DNA of 43,017 nucleotides from a virus (Duplodnaviria > Caudoviricetes): positions 1 to 43,017 of IMG/VR virus record IMGVR_UViG_3300048998_000084; one strand, 5' to 3'. Made by a program: the position numbers and the translations under genes. The first letter of the stretch is position 1; every line of letters begins with the position of its first letter. The notes beneath the pieces were generated by a model that saw nothing but the letters and a program-made list of their open reading frames with translations, ran no database searches and had not been told where the DNA came from. This document shows positions 26,963 through 34,243 of the stretch, in pieces.

Positions 26963-27309
26963 CGGTAGACCCTCTCAGATAGAGAGGTGAGTTGTTCATT
27001 GAGGCGCTTCAGCTCGGCGTCTTGCTCACGCAGGCGCACGAGCAGGTCGCTCATGTCGCTGGACGCCAGCATCGCGTCAGCGCGCAGTGCGTCGATGCGA
27101 TTAGCGTGGTCTTTGATCGTGGGCTCGTGGTGCGCATGCCAGCCCTCGAGCCGATCAACGGCAGTCAGGCGCTCCTCGCACTTGGCGATGCGCTGCACCT
27201 GCTCCTCGCTGACCTTGCGTTCCTCGGCTGCGTACAGGTTCGCTAGTCGGCCGATCACGAACGCGAGCGACGGCGGCACGGTGAGCGCCAACACCATGAG
27301 GGTGGTCAC
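26959..27309 (-). CDS. Membrane-anchored coiled-coil protein
   Basis: N-terminal hydrophobic segment followed by heptads. Confidence 0.6.
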   Translation of the reverse strand: MTTLMVLALTVPPSLAFVIGRLANLYAAEERKVSEEQVQRIAKCEERLTAVDRLEGWHAHHEPTIKDHANRIDALRADAMLASSDMSDLLVRLREQDAELKRLNEQLTSLSERVYR

Positions 27310-27515
27310 GGCTCCACCAGCGCTTTCAACTCGGCTAGCGGCCAGATGAATCGATGGCGCTGCTTCTCCGCGTACTCACGCACGCGCTCGGCGTCGAGCC
27401 TGTCAGCCCAAGGAAACAGCCGCTCGTGGTGCGTGGCGACGCAGCACTCGCAATCGCAATCGGGCGCTTTCTTCATGCGCTCGATGATGGCCTTTGCCTC
27501 GTCCAGCGTGGTCAT
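27306..27515 (-). CDS. Small Cys-rich hypothetical protein
   Basis: CDCECC..HH motif; coupled overlaps. Confidence 0.55.
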   Translation of the reverse strand: MTTLDEAKAIIERMKKAPDCDCECCVATHHERLFPWADRLDAERVREYAEKQRHRFIWPLAELKALVEP

Positions 27516-27958
27516 GGTTGCGCCTCGGCCAGGCGACGCATCATCGCGTCGTGTTCCTCGCCGAACGTCTTCGGCAACTCCTGCGTGGGCGTGGCCTCTT
27601 GCGCGGCCTTGTCGATCTCCTGCTCCAAGCTGTCGAGCTTGTAGCCATCGGGCGGCGCAGCCAGCAGCACGTAGCTGCCATCGGCGGCGTACTGCACGCG
27701 CACGGTGCGACGCGCCTCGTCCTGTGCGGCCTCGATCATGCGCGCGTCGGCGTACACCGGCAGCTCGACGCGCACGCCGCGCTCAGCTGCCTTGCGCATC
27801 TCGGTGCCCACGTTCAGCACCCACTGCTCGACCTGCTCGCGTGTCGGCGGCTCGGGCTCGTGGTCGCTCACGTCCACCTGCGCTACACGCAGCGCGAGGT
27901 CACGTAGGCCCGAGGCTAGAACATCTCGGATAGAGGCAATGCGTCTGTCTGTTGCCAT
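27512..27958 (-). CDS. Hypothetical protein
   Basis: GGAG RBS lies inside the terL 3' end; coupled to the next gene. Confidence 0.6.
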   Translation of the reverse strand: MATDRRIASIRDVLASGLRDLALRVAQVDVSDHEPEPPTREQVEQWVLNVGTEMRKAAERGVRVELPVYADARMIEAAQDEARRTVRVQYAADGSYVLLAAPPDGYKLDSLEQEIDKAAQEATPTQELPKTFGEEHDAMMRRLAEAQP

Positions 27959-29631
27959 TTCGGTGCTCCGACCCAGTCAGGGCCACCCGTGCCCAAGTGC
28001 TCGGGCGGCTCGGGGTTGATGTTGGCGAACATGTCCACGTATCGGCACAGGTAGACCAGCGCCGCAGCGAGGTCGAAGTGTCCGTACGTCGGGTGCTCGT
28101 CGAATGCGGTGCGCTGCTTGTTCCAGACGCACGCCTTCACGTGATCGTAAGCGAGCTGCGCGCGCTTGGTGAACGCGACACGCCCGCGTGTCATCCACTG
28201 GCGAACGAACCACACCATCGTGTCGCGCAGGTCTGCTTTGGTCGTCGGGTGAATGAGCAGCCCGTAGCTGACTGCCATGTCGTGAATCATCTGCGGCTCG
28301 ATGTCGCTGACACGGCCTGCAGGGTTCGTCTTGAAGCGCTGCTCTGTGTGGTCGTACCAGCTGAGCTGACCGTCGTAGTCGTGCCCCACGCGCCACAGGG
28401 GGCGTTCGTCCGGGCGCTTGCGTGCGTCGGTGTTGGCCATGCGATGCAGCGCCTCTGCGTGGCGCGCACAGCGGTCATCCGCGAGCAGCGTCTGCCACCC
28501 GCGCTGGACCACGCGGCCCGAGCTGTCCACCACGTCGAGCAGCGGCACGCGTGCGAGCTCGGCGTTCGGCCATGTGCCGAACAGGTCGAACTCACGCGCG
28601 GCCACGATGGCGGCTACGCGCTCCGTGCTGGCGTTCGACTCTGCCCAGCAATCGACGATGACCACGCCTGCGCGTGCAGGGTCGTAGACCGCGAACAGCA
28701 CGGCGAACAGGTGGCGATGGCCAGGGTCGAGCGCTGTGAACGTGAGGCAGTGTTTGGGCAGCGCGTACTCGTCGAGCATGTGCTGCTGGCCCAGCTCGGG
28801 GAACGTGGCGAGCGTCATGTCGGCAGCGATGACGTTGTAATACTCACGCTCGCAGCGCACAGCGCCACGCCCACCAGCTGCGCGGATGAACTCCTCGCGC
28901 ACCTTGGGAGCGAGCCGCGGGTTATCGTCGAGCGTTGCCCTGTGATGCGCGCTACGCAGCTTGCAGTCGGGCAGGAACTTCAGCTCCCACGCCGTGTGCA
29001 AGCGATCGGGCGCTGAGGTCTCGAGAATCATGCGCGCCCAGTCGCGGCCCTGGTACTGCGCGTAAAGCACGCCCTCGATCATCTCCTCGAGGTCGTCGAT
29101 GAAGCCCGCTTCGCTGATGACCTCGCCGTCGCAGCCCTGACCGCGCAGCGCGTGCGGGTTCTTGTCGAGCCCAGCCATCGCGATGTAGCTGCCCTGCATC
29201 GGGCCGTAGAGCGGGAAGTACAGGCCCGCGGGCTGCACGCCGCGCTTGCCGTGGTACATCGGCTGGCAGCTCGCAGGCGCGTGGCGGAACACATCGCGCA
29301 GCACCTCACCGACGATGGTGTCGATCGAGTGCTGGAACATCGTCGTGTAGCGCAGCTTGGCTGGCCGACCGATGAGCGGCGGCAGCAGGATGCCGAGTCG
29401 TGACAGCGCCCACGTGCAGAGCGCTGACTTGCCCACGCGTCGGCCCCACTCGAGCCCGAAGATACGCGCGTACTGGCCTTGCGTCTGCTCGGTGGGATCG
29501 AGCTGCCACCAGCGCCAGAGCAGCTCCCATGCCTCGAGCTGCTTGGCGTGCAAGTAGGGCGTGAAGTCGCCAGCCTCCCAGCACTTGGCGTGCAGGTCAT
29601 CGAGCGTGGCGAGCTGCACGGCGTTGCTCAT
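27916..29631 (-). CDS. terL: Terminase large subunit
   Basis: LHAKQ Q-motif, GRRVGKS Walker A, LRG..ISEAGF Walker B, ETSAP coupling motif, ALDPG and GHFDLAAALVY nuclease motifs. Confidence 0.92.
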   Translation of the reverse strand: MSNAVQLATLDDLHAKCWEAGDFTPYLHAKQLEAWELLWRWWQLDPTEQTQGQYARIFGLEWGRRVGKSALCTWALSRLGILLPPLIGRPAKLRYTTMFQHSIDTIVGEVLRDVFRHAPASCQPMYHGKRGVQPAGLYFPLYGPMQGSYIAMAGLDKNPHALRGQGCDGEVISEAGFIDDLEEMIEGVLYAQYQGRDWARMILETSAPDRLHTAWELKFLPDCKLRSAHHRATLDDNPRLAPKVREEFIRAAGGRGAVRCEREYYNVIAADMTLATFPELGQQHMLDEYALPKHCLTFTALDPGHRHLFAVLFAVYDPARAGVVIVDCWAESNASTERVAAIVAAREFDLFGTWPNAELARVPLLDVVDSSGRVVQRGWQTLLADDRCARHAEALHRMANTDARKRPDERPLWRVGHDYDGQLSWYDHTEQRFKTNPAGRVSDIEPQMIHDMAVSYGLLIHPTTKADLRDTMVWFVRQWMTRGRVAFTKRAQLAYDHVKACVWNKQRTAFDEHPTYGHFDLAAALVYLCRYVDMFANINPEPPEHLGTGGPDWVGAPKWQQTDALPLSEMF

Positions 29632-29967
29632 TCAGCGGCTCGCAGCATCGACAACGCCGTACCAGAAGTCCCACAGGTGCTGGCTCTGCCGCTCCCACAG
29701 GTCGGGCGCGCTGGTGTCGGTCACGAAGATCGTGCCGAGCGTCGCAGGCGTGTAGCCGTAGCCACGCGCGAGGTAGCACGCCTCTTGCCATGCGGCCTTT
29801 GCGCGCGTGTAGTCGCGCGGCGGCGGCGCGGGCTGCTCGGGTAGGTTGGAGCGCGCTGCATCGTGCGGCTGCTCGGCCGGCTCGGCGAATGCCGTGGCGT
29901 CGACGGTGGTGGCGTTGTCGATCGGGGCATCGGTGGTCTCGGGCGGGGGTGCTTTGCTCTTGGTCAT
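29632..29967 (-). CDS. Hypothetical protein
   Basis: GGAGG RBS; abuts terL. Confidence 0.6.
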   Translation of the reverse strand: MTKSKAPPPETTDAPIDNATTVDATAFAEPAEQPHDAARSNLPEQPAPPPRDYTRAKAAWQEACYLARGYGYTPATLGTIFVTDTSAPDLWERQSQHLWDFWYGVVDAASR

Positions 29968-30230
29968 CGTTCGTGTCCTCCACTCAATCGCTTACGCAAC
30001 TCGCGCACGGCTGCATCTGGTGTCATCTGCTGGACCACTGCCGGCTTGGCGTCGCTGTCAGCTTCGGGCAGGCGCTCGAGCACCGCATCCAGCACGTACC
30101 GGGCGAGCGTGTGCAGGTGCTGCTGGTTGCGCTCGACGTTGCGCTTCTTGAGCGCCTCGGTGATGACCGCGAGCGCATCGGGCACAGCGCTGGCCAGACC
30201 ATCGAGCGCTCGGCGCTTGGCGTCGCTCAC
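29964..30230 (-). CDS. Helical protein, possible terminase small subunit
   Basis: Position upstream of terL and all-helical character; no clear HTH. Confidence 0.35.
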   Translation of the reverse strand: MSDAKRRALDGLASAVPDALAVITEALKKRNVERNQQHLHTLARYVLDAVLERLPEADSDAKPAVVQQMTPDAAVRELRKRLSGGHER

Positions 30231-30556
30231 CACACATCCTCGCTGTAAAGCCATCGCTTCGGCTTGGCGATCTGACCGGCTGCGTGCGCGATGCGCGCCG
30301 CCTGGCCACGCAGCACAAAGCGCCCGCGGCTCGTCATGAAGCCTTGCTTGCCCGACCCACGCGCACCACCCATCTCGACGTGGAGCTTGATCACGTCGTG
30401 GTGTCGGTGCGGCGGAGGGAGTGACAGCGTCACGTCGCTGAACTCGACGGCCACGCGCTCGATAGTCTCGAGCTTCGGAGACTCGCCCCCCAGCCCCCCG
30501 ATTGTAGCAGCTGTCGGCGGCGTGCTCGCAGGTCGTCTCTCGTCAGCTTCGCTCAC
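30227..30556 (-). CDS. Conserved phage hypothetical protein (RHHD..QGFMTSRGRFV.R..A..IA..AGQ..LYSEDVW family)
   Basis: Recognisable motif string; GGAG RBS before the GTG at 30556. Confidence 0.7.
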   Translation of the reverse strand: MSEADERRPASTPPTAATIGGLGGESPKLETIERVAVEFSDVTLSLPPPHRHHDVIKLHVEMGGARGSGKQGFMTSRGRFVLRGQAARIAHAAGQIAKPKRWLYSEDVW

Positions 30557-30731
30557 ATCCACTCCGACGCAGCGAAGGCTGCCCAGACGATCGCACCAAG
30601 GATGAGCGCGCACAGCCACGCTGCGAGCGCATTACCTCTGCGATATCGACGGCCAGCCATTCGGGATTAGAAAGCCCGGCCAGCGTCAGGGGGGCCAACG
30701 TGGCCGGACCAGGGATCGAAGCCAGAGACAC

Positions 30732-30769
30732 TTGCAGTGTTACTGCAACACTGTTGCAAATGCAACACA
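30732..30769. promoter_or_regulatory. Cluster of TGCAA/TTGCA boxes including the TGCAAC-ACT-GTTGCA palindrome
   Basis: Lies between the divergent packaging genes and the tRNA; shares GCAAATGCAACACA with 22885-22898. Confidence 0.55.
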
Positions 30770-30879
30770 CCTACATTTACGGGCCTTGCTTTTGGCGTCA
30801 GGCTCACTGGGCCTGCGCAGGCAAGGGCGACCAGCTGTCCCTGTCACCGCGAGCGCAGCCGAGCGGCTCTGTGTCTTTC

Positions 30880-30962
30880 GCGTGGGTGTCCCGAGCGGCA
30901 AAGGGGACGCGCTGTAAACGCGTTGGCTTCGGCCTTCGGGGGTTCGAGTCCCTCACCACGCA
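30880..30962 (+). tRNA. tRNA-Tyr (GTA)
   Basis: D-arm CCCGAGCGGCAAAGGG, anticodon stem ACGCG-CTGTAAA-CGCGT, long variable arm GGC-TTCG-GCC, T-arm GGGGG-TTCGAGT-CCCTC, acceptor GCGTGG/CCACGC, A73; no encoded CCA. Confidence 0.88.
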
Positions 30963-31018
30963 CTAAGCCAGCTCAGATCAGCACCCATCACAGCGGCGTT
31001 TGAGGGCCTGGCGTCCAG

Positions 31019-31306
31019 CTACGCGCTCGCCAGATCAGCACCCATCACCAGCAGGTCCGCCGTGCGCTCTGCTGAGGCTGCCCAGCCTCCTACTTGCACG
31101 AGCCCTGCGCCTGCAGCTACGGCGAGCGGGTAACGCTTGATGCGGCCTCCGCGTCTCAGGAAATCCTGAATGCGCCGCGCGCGCTCTGCACGCTCTTGGT
31201 CGCTCTCGAGGTTCCGCGTGCGCGTGCACTGGCCCCATGGGTCCTGACGGCGTCTACCTCGGACGTTGCCAGCCATGCCCTTCGAGCCTTTTTTGTATCT
31301 CGGCAT
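31019..31306 (-). CDS. Small basic protein with SutA-like RNA-polymerase-binding motif
   Basis: ERAERARRIQDFLRRGGRIKRYP matches the recalled FL..GG.I motif of the SutA RNAP-binding domain. Confidence 0.55.
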   Translation of the reverse strand: MPRYKKGSKGMAGNVRGRRRQDPWGQCTRTRNLESDQERAERARRIQDFLRRGGRIKRYPLAVAAGAGLVQVGGWAASAERTADLLVMGADLASA

Positions 31307-31379
31307 GCGCAGATCGTGGCGTGATTGCGTCGGATTAACAACCACTTGCGTGTGTCACTCTCTTTCTTGTCGATAAGTG

Positions 31380-31408
31380 TTGCAATCCGTTTCGCTCGGG
31401 TGCATAGT
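31380..31408 (+). promoter_or_regulatory. Candidate sigma70-type promoter for the + strand island (TTGCAA-N17-CATAGT)
   Basis: Exact 17-nt spacing, followed by a 7-bp hairpin (31415-31433), the AAACAGGGAG motif and an ATG. Confidence 0.55.
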
Positions 31409-31452
31409 CTCTCTTGTCAGCACGGCGCTGACAGCAAACAGGGAGACACGAG

Positions 31453-31641
31453 ATGGCACGCAAGACCACCCCCACGAAGACTAACGCAGCAGCATGGAAC
31501 GCATGGCGCGCTTTCTGGCTCGCTCGGGACGCCCGCAACGATGACGGCATGCGCGCTGCGCTGGCTGCCTACGAGAACTGCAGCGCGCGCGTGAACGGCC
31601 ACGGCGCAGACGTGTTGCGTGAGGCGCTCAATGAGTCCTGA
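31453..31641 (+). CDS. Hypothetical protein
   Basis: ATG after AAACAGGGAGACACG. Confidence 0.65.
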   Translation: MARKTTPTKTNAAAWNAWRAFWLARDARNDDGMRAALAAYENCSARVNGHGADVLREALNES

Positions 31642-31858
31642 ACTGGAGCAAAGCGAGTTGGCGCGGCTTCGCGCCCTCGTGGACGACCAAGCCGCTCTCT
31701 TGCGGGAGTTTCGCGAGCGGCTGCGCGTGTTCGAGGATCGCGAGCATCTTGTGCAACGCGTCATCGACGCGGCGAATGACCCGCGATGGGGTCAGGAGCC
31801 CAACTGGGAACGAGTGATCGTGCTTACGGCGAGTGACCTAGCTCGTTGGGAGCGATGA
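31631..31858 (+). CDS. Hypothetical coiled-coil protein
   Basis: GAGG RBS; overlaps the upstream stop. Confidence 0.6.
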   Translation: MSPELEQSELARLRALVDDQAALLREFRERLRVFEDREHLVQRVIDAANDPRWGQEPNWERVIVLTASDLARWER

Positions 31859-31908
31859 ACGTTGGGCGCTGCGCGTTGGGAATGGGGAATCTCGTTCGCG
31901 CGCAGCGT

Positions 31909-32249
31909 CGAGCGCTCAAGCTCGAACGCAAACAGGGAGACACGGACATGGCAAAGCAAGGCTGGGAAGTGTTGGACGCGATTGCAGTGGGCGCGTATGG
32001 CCTGCACGTGCGCGGCGTGAACCACGATGCGGCTGACGAGATCGACCGCCGCTTCAGCTGGACCATCGACCACTACAGCGCGGCCAGTCCGCGTTACGAC
32101 TGGACCGGCTGCAAGTTCGGCGCTGGCGCGGCTGAGCGCCTCGAGAAGCTCCAAGCCATCGCGGCGGCCCGCGGCTGACTCTGAACGCTGGCGGCAAGGC
32201 GGTGACAGCGCCTTGCAGCGAGCGCTCAAGCTCGAACGCAAACAGGGAG
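31909..32249 (+). repeat. 31-bp exact direct repeat CGAGCGCTCAAGCTCGAACGCAAACAGGGAG (31909-31939 and 32219-32249)
   Basis: Read directly from the sequence; each copy precedes a start codon. Confidence 0.9.
31948..32178 (+). CDS. Hypothetical protein
   Basis: ATG after the first repeat copy (MAKQGWEV...). Confidence 0.65.
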   Translation: MAKQGWEVLDAIAVGAYGLHVRGVNHDAADEIDRRFSWTIDHYSAASPRYDWTGCKFGAGAAERLEKLQAIAAARG

Positions 32250-32258
32250 CAGGGGAAC

Positions 32259-32477
32259 ATGGCTACGTACAGGGTCGAGATCTTGGAATCAGAGAGCGAC
32301 GACGGCGCGCAAACCTGGATACTGGCCGCGCGCTGGCCCCAACCGGGTGAACCACGCCGCATGAGTTACGGACCTGCAGAAGGTCTCTCGCGTGAAGACG
32401 CTGAGAACACAGCGCGCTTGCTCAATGCTAGCTGCGGCGTCTCCGATGGAATGGCCCGCATCATCGAGGAGCCGTGA
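32259..32477 (+). CDS. Hypothetical protein
   Basis: ATG after the second repeat copy (MATYRVEI...). Confidence 0.65.
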   Translation: MATYRVEILESESDDGAQTWILAARWPQPGEPRRMSYGPAEGLSREDAENTARLLNASCGVSDGMARIIEEP

Positions 32478-32695
32478 CCACCCGCGCCGAGCTCATCCGC
32501 GCGCTGGCCTCTGACGGCCTCACGCGCGAGCAGATCGCCACCAAGACCGGAGCCACGCGCCAGGCCATCGCCTCGGCGCTGGCGCGCTCCAGCGGGCGCA
32601 GGGGCCGCCCTCGCACGCGCTGTGCTGTATGCCGGTGCGCGGTGTGCGGCGGAACGTGGGAAGCTACACGCGTCAGGGAAAGGGCAGGGACATGA
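32474..32695 (+). CDS. Small HTH DNA-binding protein with AT-hook-like RRGRPR and Cys motif
   Basis: GLTREQIATKTGATRQAIASAL HTH pattern. Confidence 0.75.
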   Translation: MTTRAELIRALASDGLTREQIATKTGATRQAIASALARSSGRRGRPRTRCAVCRCAVCGGTWEATRVRERAGT

Positions 32696-32913
32696 GCACG
32701 TACTACGAGGCTTGCGAGCCTGAGACTGGCATCGTCATTCGCGCTGGCACCTTCGAGCAGATGCTGGGCTACGTCGAGGCGTGCCAGTTCACGCTCTACA
32801 GACGCACGCGTCGCGGGCATCGCTACCAAATGCGACCTATCGAAAGAGGCTCAGAGGTTTGGGTCGCTGACGATGACTGTTCGTGCGAGCGCTGCCGCAA
32901 GGAGAAGCCATGA
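32692..32913 (+). CDS. Hypothetical protein with C-terminal CSCERC
   Basis: ATGA coupling. Confidence 0.6.
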   Translation: MSTYYEACEPETGIVIRAGTFEQMLGYVEACQFTLYRRTRRGHRYQMRPIERGSEVWVADDDCSCERCRKEKP

Positions 32914-33164
32914 ACGAGCCGAACGGATACTGCACGCACTGCAACGATCCATGCCCGCGATGCTCTGATGTGCCATTCGACGCCGAGGACACAGCCCGCG
33001 AACGCGCCGCCGTGGTGCGCTACCTGCGAACAGGCATCCGCAGCCTTCTCGAGCACCACCTGCGGGGCTCGTTCGACGTAATGCTGTACGAGCGCAACCG
33101 GGACGCGTTGCTTGAAGCAGCCGACGCTATCGAGCGAGGCGACCACCTCAAGGAGACGCCATGA
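32910..33164 (+). CDS. CxxC-containing protein of the ERAAVV.YLR..AIE.G.H family
   Basis: AGGAG RBS and ATGA coupling. Confidence 0.65.
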   Translation: MNEPNGYCTHCNDPCPRCSDVPFDAEDTARERAAVVRYLRTGIRSLLEHHLRGSFDVMLYERNRDALLEAADAIERGDHLKETP

Positions 33165-33352
33165 GCACGTGCAAACACTGCCTGCATTGCCAGGCCACAT
33201 CCGCAGAGCGCGCGCAAACGGTCGTATATCTGCGTCGGATGAGCGACTACTGGGACAAGCGCTGTCACGAGCCCGATATCGCAGAAGTGCTCGAGGGAAT
33301 GGCGCGGGACATCGATGCCGGCGAACACATCGCGCCAGTGGAGTGCCCATGA
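33161..33352 (+). CDS. CxxC-containing paralogue of the preceding gene
   Basis: ERAQTVVYLR..ARDIDAGEH; AGGAG RBS. Confidence 0.65.
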   Translation: MSTCKHCLHCQATSAERAQTVVYLRRMSDYWDKRCHEPDIAEVLEGMARDIDAGEHIAPVECP

Positions 33353-33510
33353 GCGCCTACTGCGAAGCCTGCGAGATGGTGCTGCCCACTCGGCGCGATG
33401 CGGACTACCACCGCACCGAGTGCCACGCGTTCGTCGAGCAACTCAGGTCTGAAGCTCGCGACCACCAACGCGAATCGCAGGAGGAGCAGGGCGAGCCTGA
33501 CCACCAGTAG
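33349..33510 (+). CDS. Small C2H2-like zinc-finger protein
   Basis: YCEACEMVLPTRRDADYHRTECH; GGAG RBS and ATGA coupling. Confidence 0.55.
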   Translation: MSAYCEACEMVLPTRRDADYHRTECHAFVEQLRSEARDHQRESQEEQGEPDHQ

Positions 33511-33730
33511 CCTGCGCTTCGTACGGCACATAACGCCATTCGATCCGCTGCATCACCACGCCGTCAGCCATGAGCTGCGGCGTGGCGCAGACCTCGTGGA
33601 ACACCTCCCATTTCTCCGCGTCGCTCAGCGGCTTCTTGCTGCTGAATATCCACGTGAGCGGCCACAATATCCCCGCGCAATAACACCAGATATTCACCCA
33701 CATCCACACGTCGCTTGAGTGATGACTCAT
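33443..33730 (-). CDS. Small membrane protein
   Basis: Trp-rich hydrophobic N-terminal segment; converges on and overlaps the + strand island end. Confidence 0.5.
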   Translation of the reverse strand: MSHHSSDVWMWVNIWCYCAGILWPLTWIFSSKKPLSDAEKWEVFHEVCATPQLMADGVVMQRIEWRYVPYEAQATGGQARPAPPAIRVGGRELQT

Positions 33731-33961
33731 GACCAGGTCCCTGCTTGCGATTTCCTGCAGTTGCCGATACGAAGACGGGAAGAGAGAAGGCAGCCACCTC
33801 TGAGCTTGCCCATCTCGAGAAGAAGCAGAGCGCCGCTGTTCACTCGCCTCGGCTTCCCCCGCGATACCCGCTGACCCACCCTCTTGTCGGGTCAGTGAGA
33901 GCGCCCTACTCTCCTGACCTCCCGGAGCGGGTTGCAGCGGCGGGAGGTCAGGGGTGGGCGG

Positions 33962-34243
33962 TCAGTGTTGCATCGCGCGTGCAGCCATTCGCTGCAGCTC
34001 TGCGCGAGCATCCTGCACTGCGATGTCGTCGGGCCACGGAACGTCCGCGCGTGTGTAGACGTACGGACGGTTGCAGTCGTGCGAGCGACGCCGCTTGATG
34101 TAGCTCTGCACAAGCAGGTCGTTCAGCTTCTTCTGCACCGTGTCTACGGGCCAGCCGAGGCGCTGCGCGATTTGCTTGCACGTCAGCGGCTCTACGCTGC
34201 GCATCTCGAAGTGCACGCGGATCGCAATCTCCACGGCACTCAC
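33962..34243 (-). CDS. Winged-HTH DNA-binding protein
   Basis: PLTCKQIAQRLGWPVDTVQKKLNDLLVQSYIKRRR..RPYVY fits the wHTH pattern. Confidence 0.8.
   Translation of the reverse strand: MSAVEIAIRVHFEMRSVEPLTCKQIAQRLGWPVDTVQKKLNDLLVQSYIKRRRSHDCNRPYVYTRADVPWPDDIAVQDARAELQRMAARAMQH

Noticed and set aside
11602-29016. Many long + strand ORFs antisense to structural genes (e.g. 11602-12858, 21143-22564, 27952-29016)
   Set aside because: These are shadow ORFs expected from high-GC codon bias; they are Arg/Ala-rich with no motifs.
30880-30962. tRNA as suppressor or sign of genetic-code reassignment, or as attP
   Set aside because: The anticodon is the standard GTA, genes are intact under code 11, and the tRNA is far from int.
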